Assembly (NCBI RefSeq): GCF_001677475.2
Contig: NZ_CP015229.1
Reading direction: 5' to 3' (one strand)
Source: Escherichia coli
GTDB taxonomy: Bacteria > Pseudomonadota > Gammaproteobacteria > Enterobacterales > Enterobacteriaceae
DNA: 64,000 bases
In this document: piece by piece, positions 8,829-20,900 of the stretch
Layout of the letters: the number at the start of each line of letters is the position of its first letter
Numbering within the stretch: the stretch's first letter is position 1
The notes under the pieces: model-generated
The model's input: only the letters and a program-made list of their open reading frames with translations
The model's database searches: none
Told to the model about the DNA's origin: nothing
Position numbers and translations under genes: made by a program

Positions 8829-10286
8829 TTACTTCGCCGGAATTTCTTTCAGCAGTTCAGTCAGCAGTGTCCAGTAATGACCTACGCTTTCGATGTGAAC
8901 TTGCTCATCCGGAGAGTGTGGACCGGTGATAGTTGGCCCGATAGACACCATGTCCATTTCCGGATACGGTTTTTTGAACAGACCACATTCCAGGCCCGCG
9001 TGGATAATCTGGATGTTCGGCGTCTTGTTGAACAGGCGCTGATAGGTTTCACGTACCAGATGCATCACCGGAGAATTAGCGTCCGGCTGCCAGCCAGGAT
9101 ATGCGCCTTTCGCTTCGGTTTTCGCGCCAGCCAATTTACCCAGCGAATCCAGCATGCTCACCACGTAGTCTTTACCGCTGTCGATCAGAGAACGGATCAG
9201 ACAGTGAATTTCTACGTTATTGTCAGTCATGGTCACCACACCGACGTTCAGGGAGGTTTCGACCACACCTTTTGCCACGTCGGAGTTGCGGATCACACCG
9301 TTCGGGGTGGCGTTCAGTAGACGAATAAAGGTATCGCGAGATTTCGCAATCAGGGCAGCTTTATCGTTCGCTACAGAGTCCAGCAACAAGGCCAGATTTT
9401 TCTCTTTCTCTGCCAGCTCGTTTTTCAGGATATCCTGATAGGTATTCACCAGAGATTTCAGGGCGTCGACTTTATCAGCTGCGACAGCAATGGTCGCAAA
9501 GGCTTCACGCGGGATGGCGTTACGCAGTGTGCCGCCGTTGAAATCAATAAGACGCAGGTCCAGTTCTTCTGCATGACCCGCCAGGAAGCGCACCAGCAGT
9601 TTGTTGGCATTACCCAGGCCAACGTGGATTTCACCGCCGGAGTGACCGCCTTTCAGACCTTTTAAGGTTAACTTGAAGGTTTCAAAACCAGCTGGAACCG
9701 CTTCACGATCTAAATGCAGGTTGGAGGTGAAGTCGATACCCCCCGCACAACCCATGTAGATTTCACCTTCTTCTTCGGAGTCGGTGTTAATCAAAATATC
9801 AGCCTGCAACCAGTTGCTCTGTAAGCCGAACGCACCGTCCATACCTGCTTCTTCGGTCATGGTCAGCAGCACTTCCAGCGGGCCGTGAACCACGTTTTCG
9901 TCAGCCAGAACCGCCAGTGCAGAGGCCATACCAATGCCGTTATCCGCACCCAGCGTGGTACCGCGCGCTTTAACCCATTCGCCATCAATATAAGGCTGGA
10001 TAGGATCTTTAGTGAAGTCATGCACGGTGTCGTTATTTTTCTGCGGCACCATATCGAGGTGGGCCTGCAAGACGACCGGTTTACGATTTTCCATACCTGC
10101 GGTAGCAGGTTTACGAATCAGGATATTACCTACCTGATCGCGTTCGACATGGAAACCTTTCTCTTTTGCCCAACCAACAATGTATTCAGCGAGTTGCTCT
10201 TCATGATAGGACGGGTGAGGAATAGAACAGATTTTGGCAAAAATATCCCACAGCGGCTGTGGAGATAATTGAGACAGTTCAGACAC
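8829..10286 (-). CDS. pepD: Cytosol non-specific dipeptidase (aminoacyl-histidine dipeptidase), M20 family
   Basis: 485 aa; N-terminus MSELSQLSPQPLWDIFAKICSIPHPS as recalled for E. coli PepD. Confidence 0.95.
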   Translation of the reverse strand: MSELSQLSPQPLWDIFAKICSIPHPSYHEEQLAEYIVGWAKEKGFHVERDQVGNILIRKPATAGMENRKPVVLQAHLDMVPQKNNDTVHDFTKDPIQPYIDGEWVKARGTTLGADNGIGMASALAVLADENVVHGPLEVLLTMTEEAGMDGAFGLQSNWLQADILINTDSEEEGEIYMGCAGGIDFTSNLHLDREAVPAGFETFKLTLKGLKGGHSGGEIHVGLGNANKLLVRFLAGHAEELDLRLIDFNGGTLRNAIPREAFATIAVAADKVDALKSLVNTYQDILKNELAEKEKNLALLLDSVANDKAALIAKSRDTFIRLLNATPNGVIRNSDVAKGVVETSLNVGVVTMTDNNVEIHCLIRSLIDSGKDYVVSMLDSLGKLAGAKTEAKGAYPGWQPDANSPVMHLVRETYQRLFNKTPNIQIIHAGLECGLFKKPYPEMDMVSIGPTITGPHSPDEQVHIESVGHYWTLLTELLKEIPAK

Positions 10287-10546
10287 GTTAAGTCTCCTTG
10301 TCGATCACCCGCAAAACAGTATTGCAGGTCACAGGGTTAGCAGAAAATGTTGTCAACACAAGACAGGCTTGCGAGATATGTTTGAGAATACCACTTTATC
10401 CCGCGTCAGGGAGAGGCAGTGCGTAAAAAGACGCGGACTCATGTGAAATACTGGTTTTTAGTGCGCCAGATCTCTATAATCTCGCGCAACCTATTTTCCC
10501 CTCGAACACTTTTTAAGCCGTAGATAAACAGGCTGGGACACTTCAC

Positions 10547-11005
10547 ATGAGCGAAAAATACATCGTCACCTGGGACATGTTGCAGATCCATGCACGTAAA
10601 CTCGCAAGCCGACTGATGCCTTCTGAACAATGGAAAGGCATTATTGCCGTAAGCCGTGGCGGTCTGGTACCGGGTGCGTTACTGGCGCGTGAACTGGGTA
10701 TTCGTCATGTCGATACCGTTTGTATTTCCAGCTACGATCACGACAACCAGCGCGAGCTTAAAGTGCTGAAACGCGCAGAAGGCGATGGCGAAGGCTTCAT
10801 CGTTATTGATGACTTGGTGGATACCGGTGGTACTGCGGTTGCTATTCGAGAAATGTATCCAAAAGCGCACTTTGTCACCATCTTCGCAAAACCGGCCGGT
10901 CGCCCGCTGGTTGATGATTATGTTGTTGATATCCCGCAAGATACCTGGATCGAACAGCCGTGGGATATGGGCGTCGTATTCGTCCCGCCAATCTCTGGTC
11001 GCTAA
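10547..11005 (+). CDS. gpt: Xanthine-guanine phosphoribosyltransferase
   Basis: 152 aa; [23 protein letters not shown]; PRPP-binding motif [11 protein letters not shown]. Confidence 0.95.
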
Positions 11006-11012
11006 TCTTTTC

Positions 11013-11045
11013 AACGCCTGGCACTGCCGGGCGTTGTTCTTTTTA
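11013..11045 (+). terminator. Rho-independent terminator downstream of gpt
   Basis: Hairpin AACGCCTGGCACTGCCGGGCGTT followed by a T-run. Confidence 0.75.
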
Positions 11046-11096
11046 ACTTCAGGCAGGTTACAATAGTTTCCAGTAAGTATTCTGGAGGCTGCATCC

Positions 11097-12341
11097 ATGA
11101 CACAGGCAAACCTGAGCGAAACCCTGTTCAAACCCCGCTTTAAACATCCTGAAACCTCGACGCTAGTTCGCCGCTTTAATCACGGCGCACAACCGCCTGT
11201 GCAGTCGGCCCTTGATGGTAAAACCATCCCTCACTGGTATCGCATGATTAACCGTTTGATGTGGATCTGGCGCGGCATTGACCCACGTGAAATCCTCGAC
11301 GTCCAGGCGCGTATTGTGATGAGCGATGCCGAACGTACCGACGATGATTTATACGATACGGTGATTGGCTACCGCGGCGGCAACTGGATTTATGAGTGGG
11401 CTACCCAGGCGATGGTGTGGCAACAAAAAGCCTGTGCGGAAGAAGATCCGCAACTCAGTGGTCGACACTGGCTGCATGCGGCTACGTTGTACAACATTGC
11501 TGCCTATCCTCATCTAAAAGGAGATGACCTGGCCGAGCAAGCGCAGGCTTTGTCAAACCGCGCCTATGAAGAGGCCGCTCAGCGTCTGCCGGGCACGATG
11601 CGGCAGATGGAGTTTACCGTACCCGGCGGTGCGCCCATCACCGGCTTTTTGCATATGCCGAAAGGCGATGGCCCGTTCCCGACAGTATTAATGTGTGGTG
11701 GTCTGGATGCGATGCAGACGGACTATTACAGCCTGTATGAACGTTATTTTGCGCCGCGCGGCATTGCGATGCTGACTATTGATATGCCGTCGGTGGGCTT
11801 TTCTTCAAAATGGAAGCTCACCCAGGACTCCAGCCTGTTGCATCAGCACGTCTTAAAGGCGCTGCCTAACGTACCGTGGGTAGATCACACTCGCGTCGCG
11901 GCCTTTGGTTTCCGTTTCGGCGCTAACGTTGCCGTACGTCTGGCATACCTTGAATCGCCGCGTCTGAAAGCGGTTGCCTGTCTTGGTCCGGTAGTTCATA
12001 CCCTGTTGAGTGATTTTAAGTGCCAGCAACAGGTGCCGGAAATGTATCTTGACGTTCTGGCGAGTCGTTTGGGGATGCATGATGCTTCCGACGAAGCGTT
12101 ACGCGTGGAGCTGAATCGCTATTCATTAAAAGTGCAAGGATTGCTGGGACGTCGTTGCCCAACGCCAATGTTATCAGGCTACTGGAAGAACGATCCGTTC
12201 AGCCCGGAAGAGGACTCACGCTTAATCACCTCATCATCTGCTGACGGTAAATTATTAGAGATCCCATTTAACCCGGTGTATCGGAATTTTGACAAAGGCC
12301 TTCAGGAAATCACAGACTGGATCGAAAAACGATTGTGTTAA
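11097..12341 (+). CDS. frsA: Fermentation/respiration switch protein, alpha/beta hydrolase
   Basis: 414 aa; conserved position between gpt and crl; sequence recalled as FrsA. Confidence 0.9.
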
Positions 12342-12800
<459 letters not shown>

Positions 12801-12810
12801 GTGAAATGTG

Positions 12811-12829
12811 CCGGATGCATCACATCCGG
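12811..12829. terminator. Bidirectional hairpin between convergent crl and phoE
   Basis: CCGGATGCATCACATCCGG hairpin between the two stop codons; REP-like. Confidence 0.6.
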
Positions 12830-12838
12830 CAATAATCA

Positions 12839-13894
12839 TTAAAACTGATACGTCATCCCAACCGCGACAATATCATCATTATTAATATTCAATTTGTTAT
12901 CGCTATCCAGTTGGTTGATTTTATAATCAACAAACGCTGACATATTTTTGTTGAAATAATATGTAGCACCGACGTCGATATAATTGACCAGATCTTCATC
13001 ACCGATACCTTCAATATCTTTCCCTTTCGATAAGACATAACCCAGCGATGGACGCAGACCAAAGTCAAACTGATATTGAGCGACCGCTTCAAAGTTCTGT
13101 GTCTTATTGGCAAAGCCGCCAGTTATTGGCGTCATTTTGCGTGTTTCAGAATAGAAAGTTGCCAGATAAATATTATTGGCATCGTATTTCAGACCTGTTG
13201 CCCATGCTTCTGCACGCTTGCCTGTGCCACGGCTTTGCAGATTCTGCTCGTTGGTGCGATCTGAGTTGGTATAGGCCCCACTAATGGCGAAATCGCTGCC
13301 GCCAAAGTCATATGTCAATGACGTGCCGAAGCCATCGCCGTTTTGCTTTTTAACGTCGCGGTTTTCGTTTTTCCCTTGATATTGCAGGGTTAAGTTCAGG
13401 CCATCGATAACGCCGAAGAAGTCGGTGTTCCGATACGTCGCCAGACCGCTGGCGCGTTTGGTCATGAAGTTGTCGGTCTGCGCCGAGGAGTCGCCACCAA
13501 ATTCCGGGAACATATCGGTCCAGGCCTCAACGTCATACAACGCGCCCAGGTTACGACCATAATCGAAAGAACCCAAATCTTTATATTTCAACCCGGCAAA
13601 AGCGAGACGCGTTTTTTGCTGTGCAGTATCACTCTCCGCTTTATTACCGGCAAACTCCGCTTCCCACCGACCATAACCCGTCAGTTGATCGTTAATTTGT
13701 GTTTCGCCTTTAAAACCAAAACGGATATAACTCTGGTCGCCATCTTTACTGTCGTTATCACTCATATAATGCATGGCTTTAACTTTGCCATAGACATCCA
13801 GTTTATTACCGTCTTTGTTATATATTTCTGCGGCCTGTACGGATGCAGATGCCACAATGCCCATCACCACTAATGCCAGAGTGCTCTTTTTCAT
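12839..13894 (-). CDS. phoE: Phosphate-starvation outer-membrane porin PhoE
   Basis: 351 aa from [21 protein letters not shown]; porin C-terminus ...AVGMTYQF; Pho box upstream. Confidence 0.93.
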   Translation of the reverse strand: MKKSTLALVVMGIVASASVQAAEIYNKDGNKLDVYGKVKAMHYMSDNDSKDGDQSYIRFGFKGETQINDQLTGYGRWEAEFAGNKAESDTAQQKTRLAFAGLKYKDLGSFDYGRNLGALYDVEAWTDMFPEFGGDSSAQTDNFMTKRASGLATYRNTDFFGVIDGLNLTLQYQGKNENRDVKKQNGDGFGTSLTYDFGGSDFAISGAYTNSDRTNEQNLQSRGTGKRAEAWATGLKYDANNIYLATFYSETRKMTPITGGFANKTQNFEAVAQYQFDFGLRPSLGYVLSKGKDIEGIGDEDLVNYIDVGATYYFNKNMSAFVDYKINQLDSDNKLNINNDDIVAVGMTYQF

Positions 13895-13974
13895 TTTCAT
13901 TCCTGATTTTAATTAACGCGCGAATATTCAGCGGGAGAGTCCCGTTGAAAACAGGAAAGTTTTTAACCTGAGAT

Positions 13975-13993
13975 TGTTAAAGATATATTACAG
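13975..13993 (-). promoter_or_regulatory. Pho box (PhoB binding site) of the phoE promoter
   Basis: Minus-strand sequence CTGTAATATATCTTTAACA upstream of phoE; two CTGTAAT-like half sites. Confidence 0.8.
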
Positions 13994-14181
13994 ATTAATA
14001 ATATTCTTAAAATGTGGTAATTTATTAAATCTGTAATAAAAGCGTAAACAACTGCCGCTAGGCTTGCTGATCCCGCGCAACAAAACGCCATGCTTTGCTC
14101 GCAGATGGTTGGCAACCGACGACAGTCCTGCTAAAACGTTCGTTTGATATCATTTTTCCTAAAATTGAATGGCAGAGAATC

Positions 14182-15285
14182 ATGAGTGACAGCCAGACGC
14201 TGGTGGTAAAACTCGGCACCAGTGTGCTAACAGGCGGATCGCGCCGCCTGAACCGTGCCCATATCGTTGAACTTGTTCGCCAGTGCGCGCAGTTACATGC
14301 CGCCGGGCATCGGATTGTTATTGTGACGTCGGGCGCGATCGCCGCCGGACGTGAGCACCTGGGTTACCCGGAACTGCCAGCGACTATCGCCTCGAAACAA
14401 CTGCTGGCGGCGGTAGGGCAGAGTCGACTGATTCAACTGTGGGAACAGCTGTTTTCGATTTATGGCATTCATGTCGGGCAAATGCTGCTGACCCGTGCTG
14501 ATATGGAAGACCGTGAACGCTTCCTGAACGCCCGCGACACCCTGCGTGCGTTGCTCGATAACAATATCGTTCCGGTAATCAATGAGAACGATGCTGTCGC
14601 TACTGCGGAGATTAAGGTCGGCGATAACGATAACCTTTCTGCGCTGGCGGCGATTCTGGCGGGTGCCGATAAACTGTTGCTGCTGACCGATCAAAAAGGT
14701 TTGTATACCGCTGACCCGCGCAGCAATCCGCAGGCAGAACTGATTAAAGATGTTTACGGCATTGATGACGCACTGCGCGCGATTGCCGGTGACAGCGTTT
14801 CAGGCCTCGGAACTGGCGGCATGAGTACCAAATTGCAGGCCGCAGACGTGGCTTGCCGTGCGGGTATCGACACCATTATTGCCGCGGGCAGCAAACCGGG
14901 CGTTATTGGTGATGTGATGGAAGGCATTTCCGTCGGTACGCTGTTCCATGCCCAGGCCACTCCGCTTGAAAACCGTAAACGCTGGATTTTCGGTGCGCCG
15001 CCTGCGGGTGAAATCACGGTAGATGAAGGGGCAACCGCCGCCATTCTTGAACGCGGCAGCTCCCTGTTGCCGAAAGGCATTAAAAGCGTGACTGGCAATT
15101 TCTCGCGTGGTGAAGTCATCCGCATTTGCAACCTCGAAGGCCGCGATATCGCCCACGGTGTCAGTCGTTACAACAGCGATGCATTACGCCGTATTGCCGG
15201 ACACCACTCGCAAGAAATTGATGCAATACTGGGATATGAATACGGCCCGGTTGCCGTTCACCGTGATGACATGATTACCCGTTAA
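14182..15285 (+). CDS. proB: Glutamate 5-kinase
   Basis: 367 aa from [19 protein letters not shown]; amino-acid kinase fold plus C-terminal PUA-like region; the ORF from 14095 is a 5' extension. Confidence 0.95.
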
Positions 15286-15296
15286 GGAGCAGGCCG

Positions 15297-16550
15297 ATGC
15301 TGGAACAAATGGGCATTGCCGCGAAGCAAGCCTCGTATAAATTAGCGCAACTCTCCAGCCGCGAAAAAAATCGCGTGCTGGAAAAAATCGCCGATGAACT
15401 GGAAGCACAAAGCGAAATCATCCTCAACGCTAACGCCCAGGATGTTGCAGACGCGCGTGCCAATGGCCTTAGCGAAGCGATGCTTGACCGTCTGGCACTG
15501 ACGCCCGCACGGTTGAAAGGCATTGCCGACGATGTGCGCCAGGTGTGCAACCTCGCCGATCCGGTGGGGCAGGTGATTGATGGTGGTGTGCTGGACAGCG
15601 GTCTGCGTCTGGAGCGTCGTCGCGTACCGCTGGGGGTGATTGGCGTGATTTATGAAGCTCGCCCGAACGTGACAGTTGATGTCGCTTCGCTGTGCCTGAA
15701 AACCGGTAACGCAGTGATCCTGCGCGGTGGCAAAGAAACCTGTCGCACTAACGCTGCAACGGTGGCGGTGATTCAGGACGCCCTGAAATCCTGCGATTTA
15801 CCGGCGGGTGCCGTGCAGGCGATTGATAATCCTGACCGTGCGCTGGTCAGTGAAATGCTGCGTATGGATAAATACATCGACATGTTGATCCCGCGCGGCG
15901 GGGCTGGTTTGCATAAACTGTGCCGCGAACAGTCGACGATCCCGGTGATCACTGGTGGTATAGGCGTATGCCATATTTACGTTGATGAAAGTGCAGAGAT
16001 CGCTGAAGCCCTGAAAGTCATCGTCAACGCGAAAACCCAGCGTCCGAGCACATGTAATACGGTTGAAACGTTGCTGGTAAATAAAAACATAGCAGATAGC
16101 TTCCTGCCCGCATTAAGCAAACAAATGGCGGAAAGCGGCGTGACATTACACGCAGATGCAGCTGCGCTGGCGCAGTTGCAGACAGGCCCCGCGAAGGTGG
16201 TGGCGGTTAAAGCCGAAGAGTATGACGATGAGTTTCTGTCATTAGATTTGAACGTCAAAATCGTCAGCGATCTTGACGATGCCATCGCCCATATTCGTGA
16301 ACACGGCACGCAACACTCCGATGCGATCCTGACCCGCGATATGCGCAACGCCCAGCGTTTTGTTAACGAAGTGGATTCGTCCGCTGTTTACGTTAACGCC
16401 TCTACGCGTTTTACCGACGGCGGCCAGTTTGGACTGGGTGCGGAAGTGGCGGTAAGCACACAAAAACTCCACGCGCGTGGCCCAATGGGGCTGGAAGCGC
16501 TGACCACTTACAAGTGGATCGGCATTGGTGATTACACCATTCGTGCGTAA
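15297..16550 (+). CDS. proA: Gamma-glutamyl phosphate reductase
   Basis: 417 aa, aldehyde dehydrogenase-type fold, immediately downstream of proB. Confidence 0.95.
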   Translation: MLEQMGIAAKQASYKLAQLSSREKNRVLEKIADELEAQSEIILNANAQDVADARANGLSEAMLDRLALTPARLKGIADDVRQVCNLADPVGQVIDGGVLDSGLRLERRRVPLGVIGVIYEARPNVTVDVASLCLKTGNAVILRGGKETCRTNAATVAVIQDALKSCDLPAGAVQAIDNPDRALVSEMLRMDKYIDMLIPRGGAGLHKLCREQSTIPVITGGIGVCHIYVDESAEIAEALKVIVNAKTQRPSTCNTVETLLVNKNIADSFLPALSKQMAESGVTLHADAAALAQLQTGPAKVVAVKAEEYDDEFLSLDLNVKIVSDLDDAIAHIREHGTQHSDAILTRDMRNAQRFVNEVDSSAVYVNASTRFTDGGQFGLGAEVAVSTQKLHARGPMGLEALTTYKWIGIGDYTIRA

Positions 16551-16664
16551 ATAAAACCGGGTGATGCAAAACTAGCCATTTGATTCACAAGGCCATTGAC
16601 GCATCGCCCGGTTAGTTTTAACCTTGTCCACCGTGATTCACGTTCGTGAACATGTCCTTTCAGG

Positions 16665-16740
16665 GCCGATATAGCTCAGTTGGTAGAGCAGCGCATTCGT
16701 AATGCGAAGGTCGTAGGTTCGACTCCTATTATCGGCACCA
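16665..16740 (+). tRNA. thrW: tRNA-Thr (anticodon CGU)
   Basis: 76 nt GCCGATATAGCTCAGTTGGTAGAGCAGCGCATTCGTAATGCGAAGGTCGTAGGTTCGACTCCTATTATCGGCACCA; cloverleaf with CGT anticodon and encoded CCA end. Confidence 0.95.
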
Positions 16741-16754
16741 TTTAAATCAATAAG

Positions 16755-17021
16755 TTACACATCATTAGTACCTTCCTTATTTCTTGACTGGGACAAATTT
16801 GGGACCGATGGGTTCAGAATCGAGTCTATTTGCCGTGCGTGTTCGGTAAGGTGATTAGGTGCGAGGTGAGCATATCGACGAACCATTTCAAGAGTTTCCC
16901 ATCCTCCCATTTCTGTAAGTGCAAGAAGAGAAACACTGGACTGAACCAGCCTGCTTGCCTTTGCTATCAAAGTACCTTGAGGACCAGATGATTTCTGGCG
17001 ATATTTACAGCGCGTCCGCAA
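16755..17021 (-). pseudogene. Tyrosine-recombinase (phage/P4-type integrase) C-terminal remnant
   Basis: Only about 50 C-terminal residues are integrase-like ([34 protein letters not shown], with the catalytic Tyr region); no N-terminal or core domains upstream; adjacent to the tRNA attachment site. Confidence 0.65.
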
Positions 17022-17107
17022 TGAGTTTTTCTCCGTGCCGCCAGTGACGTTCCCCGCTTTTTCAGTGCGGCGATAATATCAGCGGGATGCCAGTCCTGTT
17101 GTGTCAT
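16966..17107 (-). pseudogene. Ner/Nlp(SfsB)-like HTH regulator, 5' fragment fused to the integrase remnant
   Basis: Begins [24 protein letters not shown], matching the Ner/Nlp N-terminus as recalled, then diverges and stops after about 46 codons; a Ner-like segment (LIAKA) continues in the integrase-remnant frame. Confidence 0.45.
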
Positions 17108-17574
17108 ACAACCACCTCGCTGATAAATTTTACGCCGTCGGCGGTGCGCAGCCAGCGCGGGGCTTTGAGTCCTTCCATGAAATACCAGACCAGTTCACAC
17201 AACAGCCCGGTCAGGGTTTGTTCCGTTTTTGGTTCCGCCGGGCGTTCCAGCAGAAGCTGGAGTAGTGCGAGGCAGTATTCGCACAAGGAATCTGGTTCGG
17301 AAATAAAGTGCTCTGGTGTGGCGGGAAGGGTATCAACGGTCAGGCTTTCAATCAGATGCGGCGGGATGGGGTCGTGCAGCGTGGGGTGCAATAGCGCAAG
17401 AGCCGCGTGAAGCCGTCCGCAGAGCGCTAGCCGTAGCGCGGGATCGTCGGTTTCGATCAGGGTTTCGGCGAAGCGGGCGCAGTAATCGGCAAGGACAGTA
17501 AAATCCGTGGTGGCATTGAAGGGGGCGGACAGCAGATCGAGTAAATCGCAGTCAGGGGTGAGGGTTGTAGCCAT
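17104..17574 (-). CDS. Hypothetical protein, 156 aa, acidic and Leu-rich, no recognised domain
   Basis: ORF with an AGGAGA Shine-Dalgarno about 7 nt upstream of the ATG at 17574 (longest ORF starts at 17628); stop overlaps the ATG of the Ner-like fragment (ATGA); GC-rich relative to the neighbouring RT gene. Confidence 0.5.
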   Translation of the reverse strand: MATTLTPDCDLLDLLSAPFNATTDFTVLADYCARFAETLIETDDPALRLALCGRLHAALALLHPTLHDPIPPHLIESLTVDTLPATPEHFISEPDSLCEYCLALLQLLLERPAEPKTEQTLTGLLCELVWYFMEGLKAPRWLRTADGVKFISEVVV

Positions 17575-17917
17575 AGGGCGTCTCCTGTAACGGTTTATTA
17601 TGTCCGCCACTAGAGAGGCTAATCTCATGGGGGGCGGAACCGGACGGGGTTAGCCTTACCGGCGTTACAGGAAACCGGCGCGTCTTGCGACGCCCCCGCC
17701 CGGCCCGCCATTGAGGTGTAGCCGAACGCACGACACAAAAAAGACGCTGGTGCGTCAAGTGTCGCCTGTAACGGTTTTCAGGAGGCTAATCCCGACGCCT
17801 GATTTTGCAGGCGCGGGAGAAAGATACTGCGATTGGTCATGAGTGGCAAGGGCTACATCCTGTTTACCGACATCTCACGCAAAAATACCCTGATTATTAA
17901 TAGCGAAAATCAGTTTC

Positions 17918-20900
17918 TTATTTTGGCGGTAGCTTTTTGCGGTTCTTTGCCAATTGGAATCCTTCAGGTAACGGTTTGAATTTATCGCCGCCTTTAGGCC
18001 AGCGTTTTGCCCTGCTCTGAAATGCCCTTAACGAGTCGATATCCAGTGTTGCAGCGATCACAAAGTCATTATCGCCGCCCTTCACACGAGCAATATCACG
18101 CATAAAGGGTTCTTTTGCCGGGGAACGTACGCGACTATCGCCGTATTTTCGGTTATTCACTAAAATGGTATAGGCATGAATATCCAGCGCTGCTGATTCA
18201 ATCAACGATGCAAACGTATCCAGATCTTTATTCCAGCTCAATACCATTAATGCATCGAGCGCGCCCTGAAAACGGATCCTCGCTTTACTATTCTGGAGTT
18301 CAGAGCAAATCATAACGCCAAAATTGACGCCGTGATGAATATATACCGGCTTACGTTGTTTAACATTAAGTGTCGAGTCCCAAGACTTACCATAAGTTGA
18401 AAATAATGCCTCATCTTCACCTACGGCGGGTTCCAGCTTGGGTTGCCATATTTTGACACTCGCTGGATAGCCGAGTCTGTTATCTGAAAGGACAAGTACG
18501 GCCTCACTCTTCAGTTGATTATCGCCTAAGTGGCGGTATTCTGTTCCCGCAATTAGACTGATACCCGCCGAACTCAAACGATCAGCAATACTGTTAACCC
18601 AGCGTAACGGGATTGAAAGCTCGGGGAATAAAACATAATCAGGTTTAGGAGATAGTTTCAATGTTGCATTAACCAGTTCAGAAATCCGCTGGTACCTTGA
18701 ACGGGACAAGTTAGATTTATTGCAGGCCATTTTAGCCCAGTCGTCTTCCTCTGTTTTAATGCTGGTTAGCGCAACGACAATTTTATGTTTCCTGTCAGTG
18801 CCAATATGAATGAATTTCTTAGGCCGAGCTTTTTTTGTCGCTTCATCTGAGTCCTGCTCCGATGCTAGTAACGTCGGTTTGATCCATACACCGCGTAATG
18901 CTTGAGTATATTTTGCCCAAACGGTGGACGGTCTCTCATCTGGTTTTTTGTCGGATGTAGAGGGTAATCCAACACATTCGGGGGCCAGTTCTGATATTTC
19001 AGCGGGAGTTAAAGGACGTGTAGGGAAAATGTAAGGTAGGTAACTTTCGTTCTTACGATTTCCTTTAGCCACTTTTTCCAGTCGGGTATTCTTGGTTGAT
19101 TTCAAAAATAGCTTAATAACGTCAATATCAATAAGCGATGAGTCCCTCATTAATTTCAGTATTTTAACTTCTTTTTTACGATCACGCTGATTAACAAGTT
19201 TTTCTGCCGACTGACTCTTTACGATCTGTTTATAAGGTTCCTTTGCTAAATCAGCTCGAGCTACCAATGGCGCTTTTAAATAAAAATCTGCTGAATCAAA
19301 GCGAAGATCCAGTAAATCCTTTAGATTTGTCAGACTTTGTGAAATATGATTAAAAAATGTATCCGCAAGGCACTCTTCTTTCTTTGAACGTTTATCAAGA
19401 AATAATCTGTCAGGACTGTAATATCGTGTCGCTGCATCAACAAATAGCCAGCTTAATGTGCCTTTTATACAGCGCCAAAGATCATTTACTGCTCGAGTTT
19501 TGCAACCATTTATAGTCACTTCCTTACCTGAAGTAATCACCGATGCCAACAGGTTGATGGACTCGTAAGCTTTAAGTACAATTTTTTCCGCGTGCTGCCA
19601 TTCATTCATACTGATAGCAAAGCCAAGCAGCCTTGGCAGATAACTAAAATGTGCAAATAGATTATCAGCCCTAAGAATATGGTTGTAGGCAAACTGATAA
19701 AACTCTTCCCGCTGTTCTTTCCATTCACTTGGAGACAGATCTCGTGCCAGTGTTTCAACGTAGCGTAATTGCAGTGACCAGCCCAAACGACGAATGGTTA
19801 ATCCATCCGCACGGCGCAGAGTATCGGCATTTTCACCTACACTACCGGCAGCGGAAAGGACTTTAGCTGCGGTGGAGTGTTCCAGTTGATCCGGTGAAGG
19901 CATCAAGCGGTGTTCACTAGAAAGCTCGTAGATCTCCTTTTCGATACTGTCGAGCAGATCTATTCCTGCCCTCCCTTGAAGCACGAAAAGTTTTTGCTTA
20001 TCGGATTGTAACTGGATGGTGGTCTTACCCTGGAAATGCTCGCCCTGCTGTATTTGCCATATTTGTTTTTTCTCGTTTTTCAGATAAACGCAATCATTGC
20101 CAAGCCTATCTTGCAGCAATAACATAAATTCGTGATTATTAGTAATTTTACCTGTATCGCGTATTACAAGGAACATATCATCGACATAACGACCGTAGTG
20201 AATTGGCGACAGTTTTTCAATGACTAATTTATCCCAATGGTGTAGCAATATATTGGAAATGATCCGACTGGCTGTTAATCCAATGACCAGACCACCATTA
20301 ATAACAGGTGTTTTGTACGCTATTTTTTTTCCAAATGCCGCTGCGCCGTCAGACCAGTGCTTTAAGAATACAGCTAACTGTGCAGTAAACGCTTTTTCAT
20401 GCTCAGTCAGTTTTATGTTTAGTGTGTTATAGAGATCATCAGAGGTTATAGCCAGTGGATCAATAAAATGATAGTAACTTTTTAAATCCAGTGAGGCGGC
20501 GATAATGTCACGATCTTTTTCCAACTCGTCACGTATAGCTTTTAAGCCATCACCACGCCATTTTTGGTAGGGCTGGAAATAGGGGCTAAAAGAACCCACG
20601 GCACTGATATGGAATGGATTATCCTGCTCATTGCTAAATAATTCATCATTACGAATACGTTTTAGCCGCGCGCCATAACAACAGTTGTCTAAGCTGGCAT
20701 CAAATTTATGCCCGACCATATTAATCCATAGTGCAGAGATAATGTGACTATCAACCGGGAAGTCACCAATAATACGAAACTCTGGTATCAGATCAAAATT
20801 ATTAAATAAATGGTCGGCTGCTCGTTTAGGATTAGAAAAGTGGACGTGTCCATTTTGGAATTCATGTTTTTTCTTTGTGGTTAATTTTTTCGGTAACAAA

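Noticed and set aside
14293-14694. 133-aa minus-strand ORF inside proB (and similar antisense ORFs in proA, pepD, phoE, paoC and fdeC)
   Set aside because: Antisense ORFs within conserved housekeeping genes, typical of GC-rich coding sequence; no independent signals.
16551-16664. Inverted repeat AACCGGGTGATGC...GCATCGCCCGGTT between proA and thrW as a terminator
   Set aside because: The arms are separated by about 40 nt and no T-run follows, so it is not a convincing intrinsic terminator; possibly part of the thrW promoter region, but not assignable.
17575-17917. Possibility that the repeats near the RT gene are a retron msr/msd
   Set aside because: Retron ncRNAs are flanked by inverted a1/a2 repeats and lie upstream of a short (300-500 aa) RT; here the repeats are direct, lie 3' of a 1069-aa RT with a nitrilase fusion, and no conserved msd-like stem with a branching G context is evident. 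Kept as an uncharacterised structured region instead.
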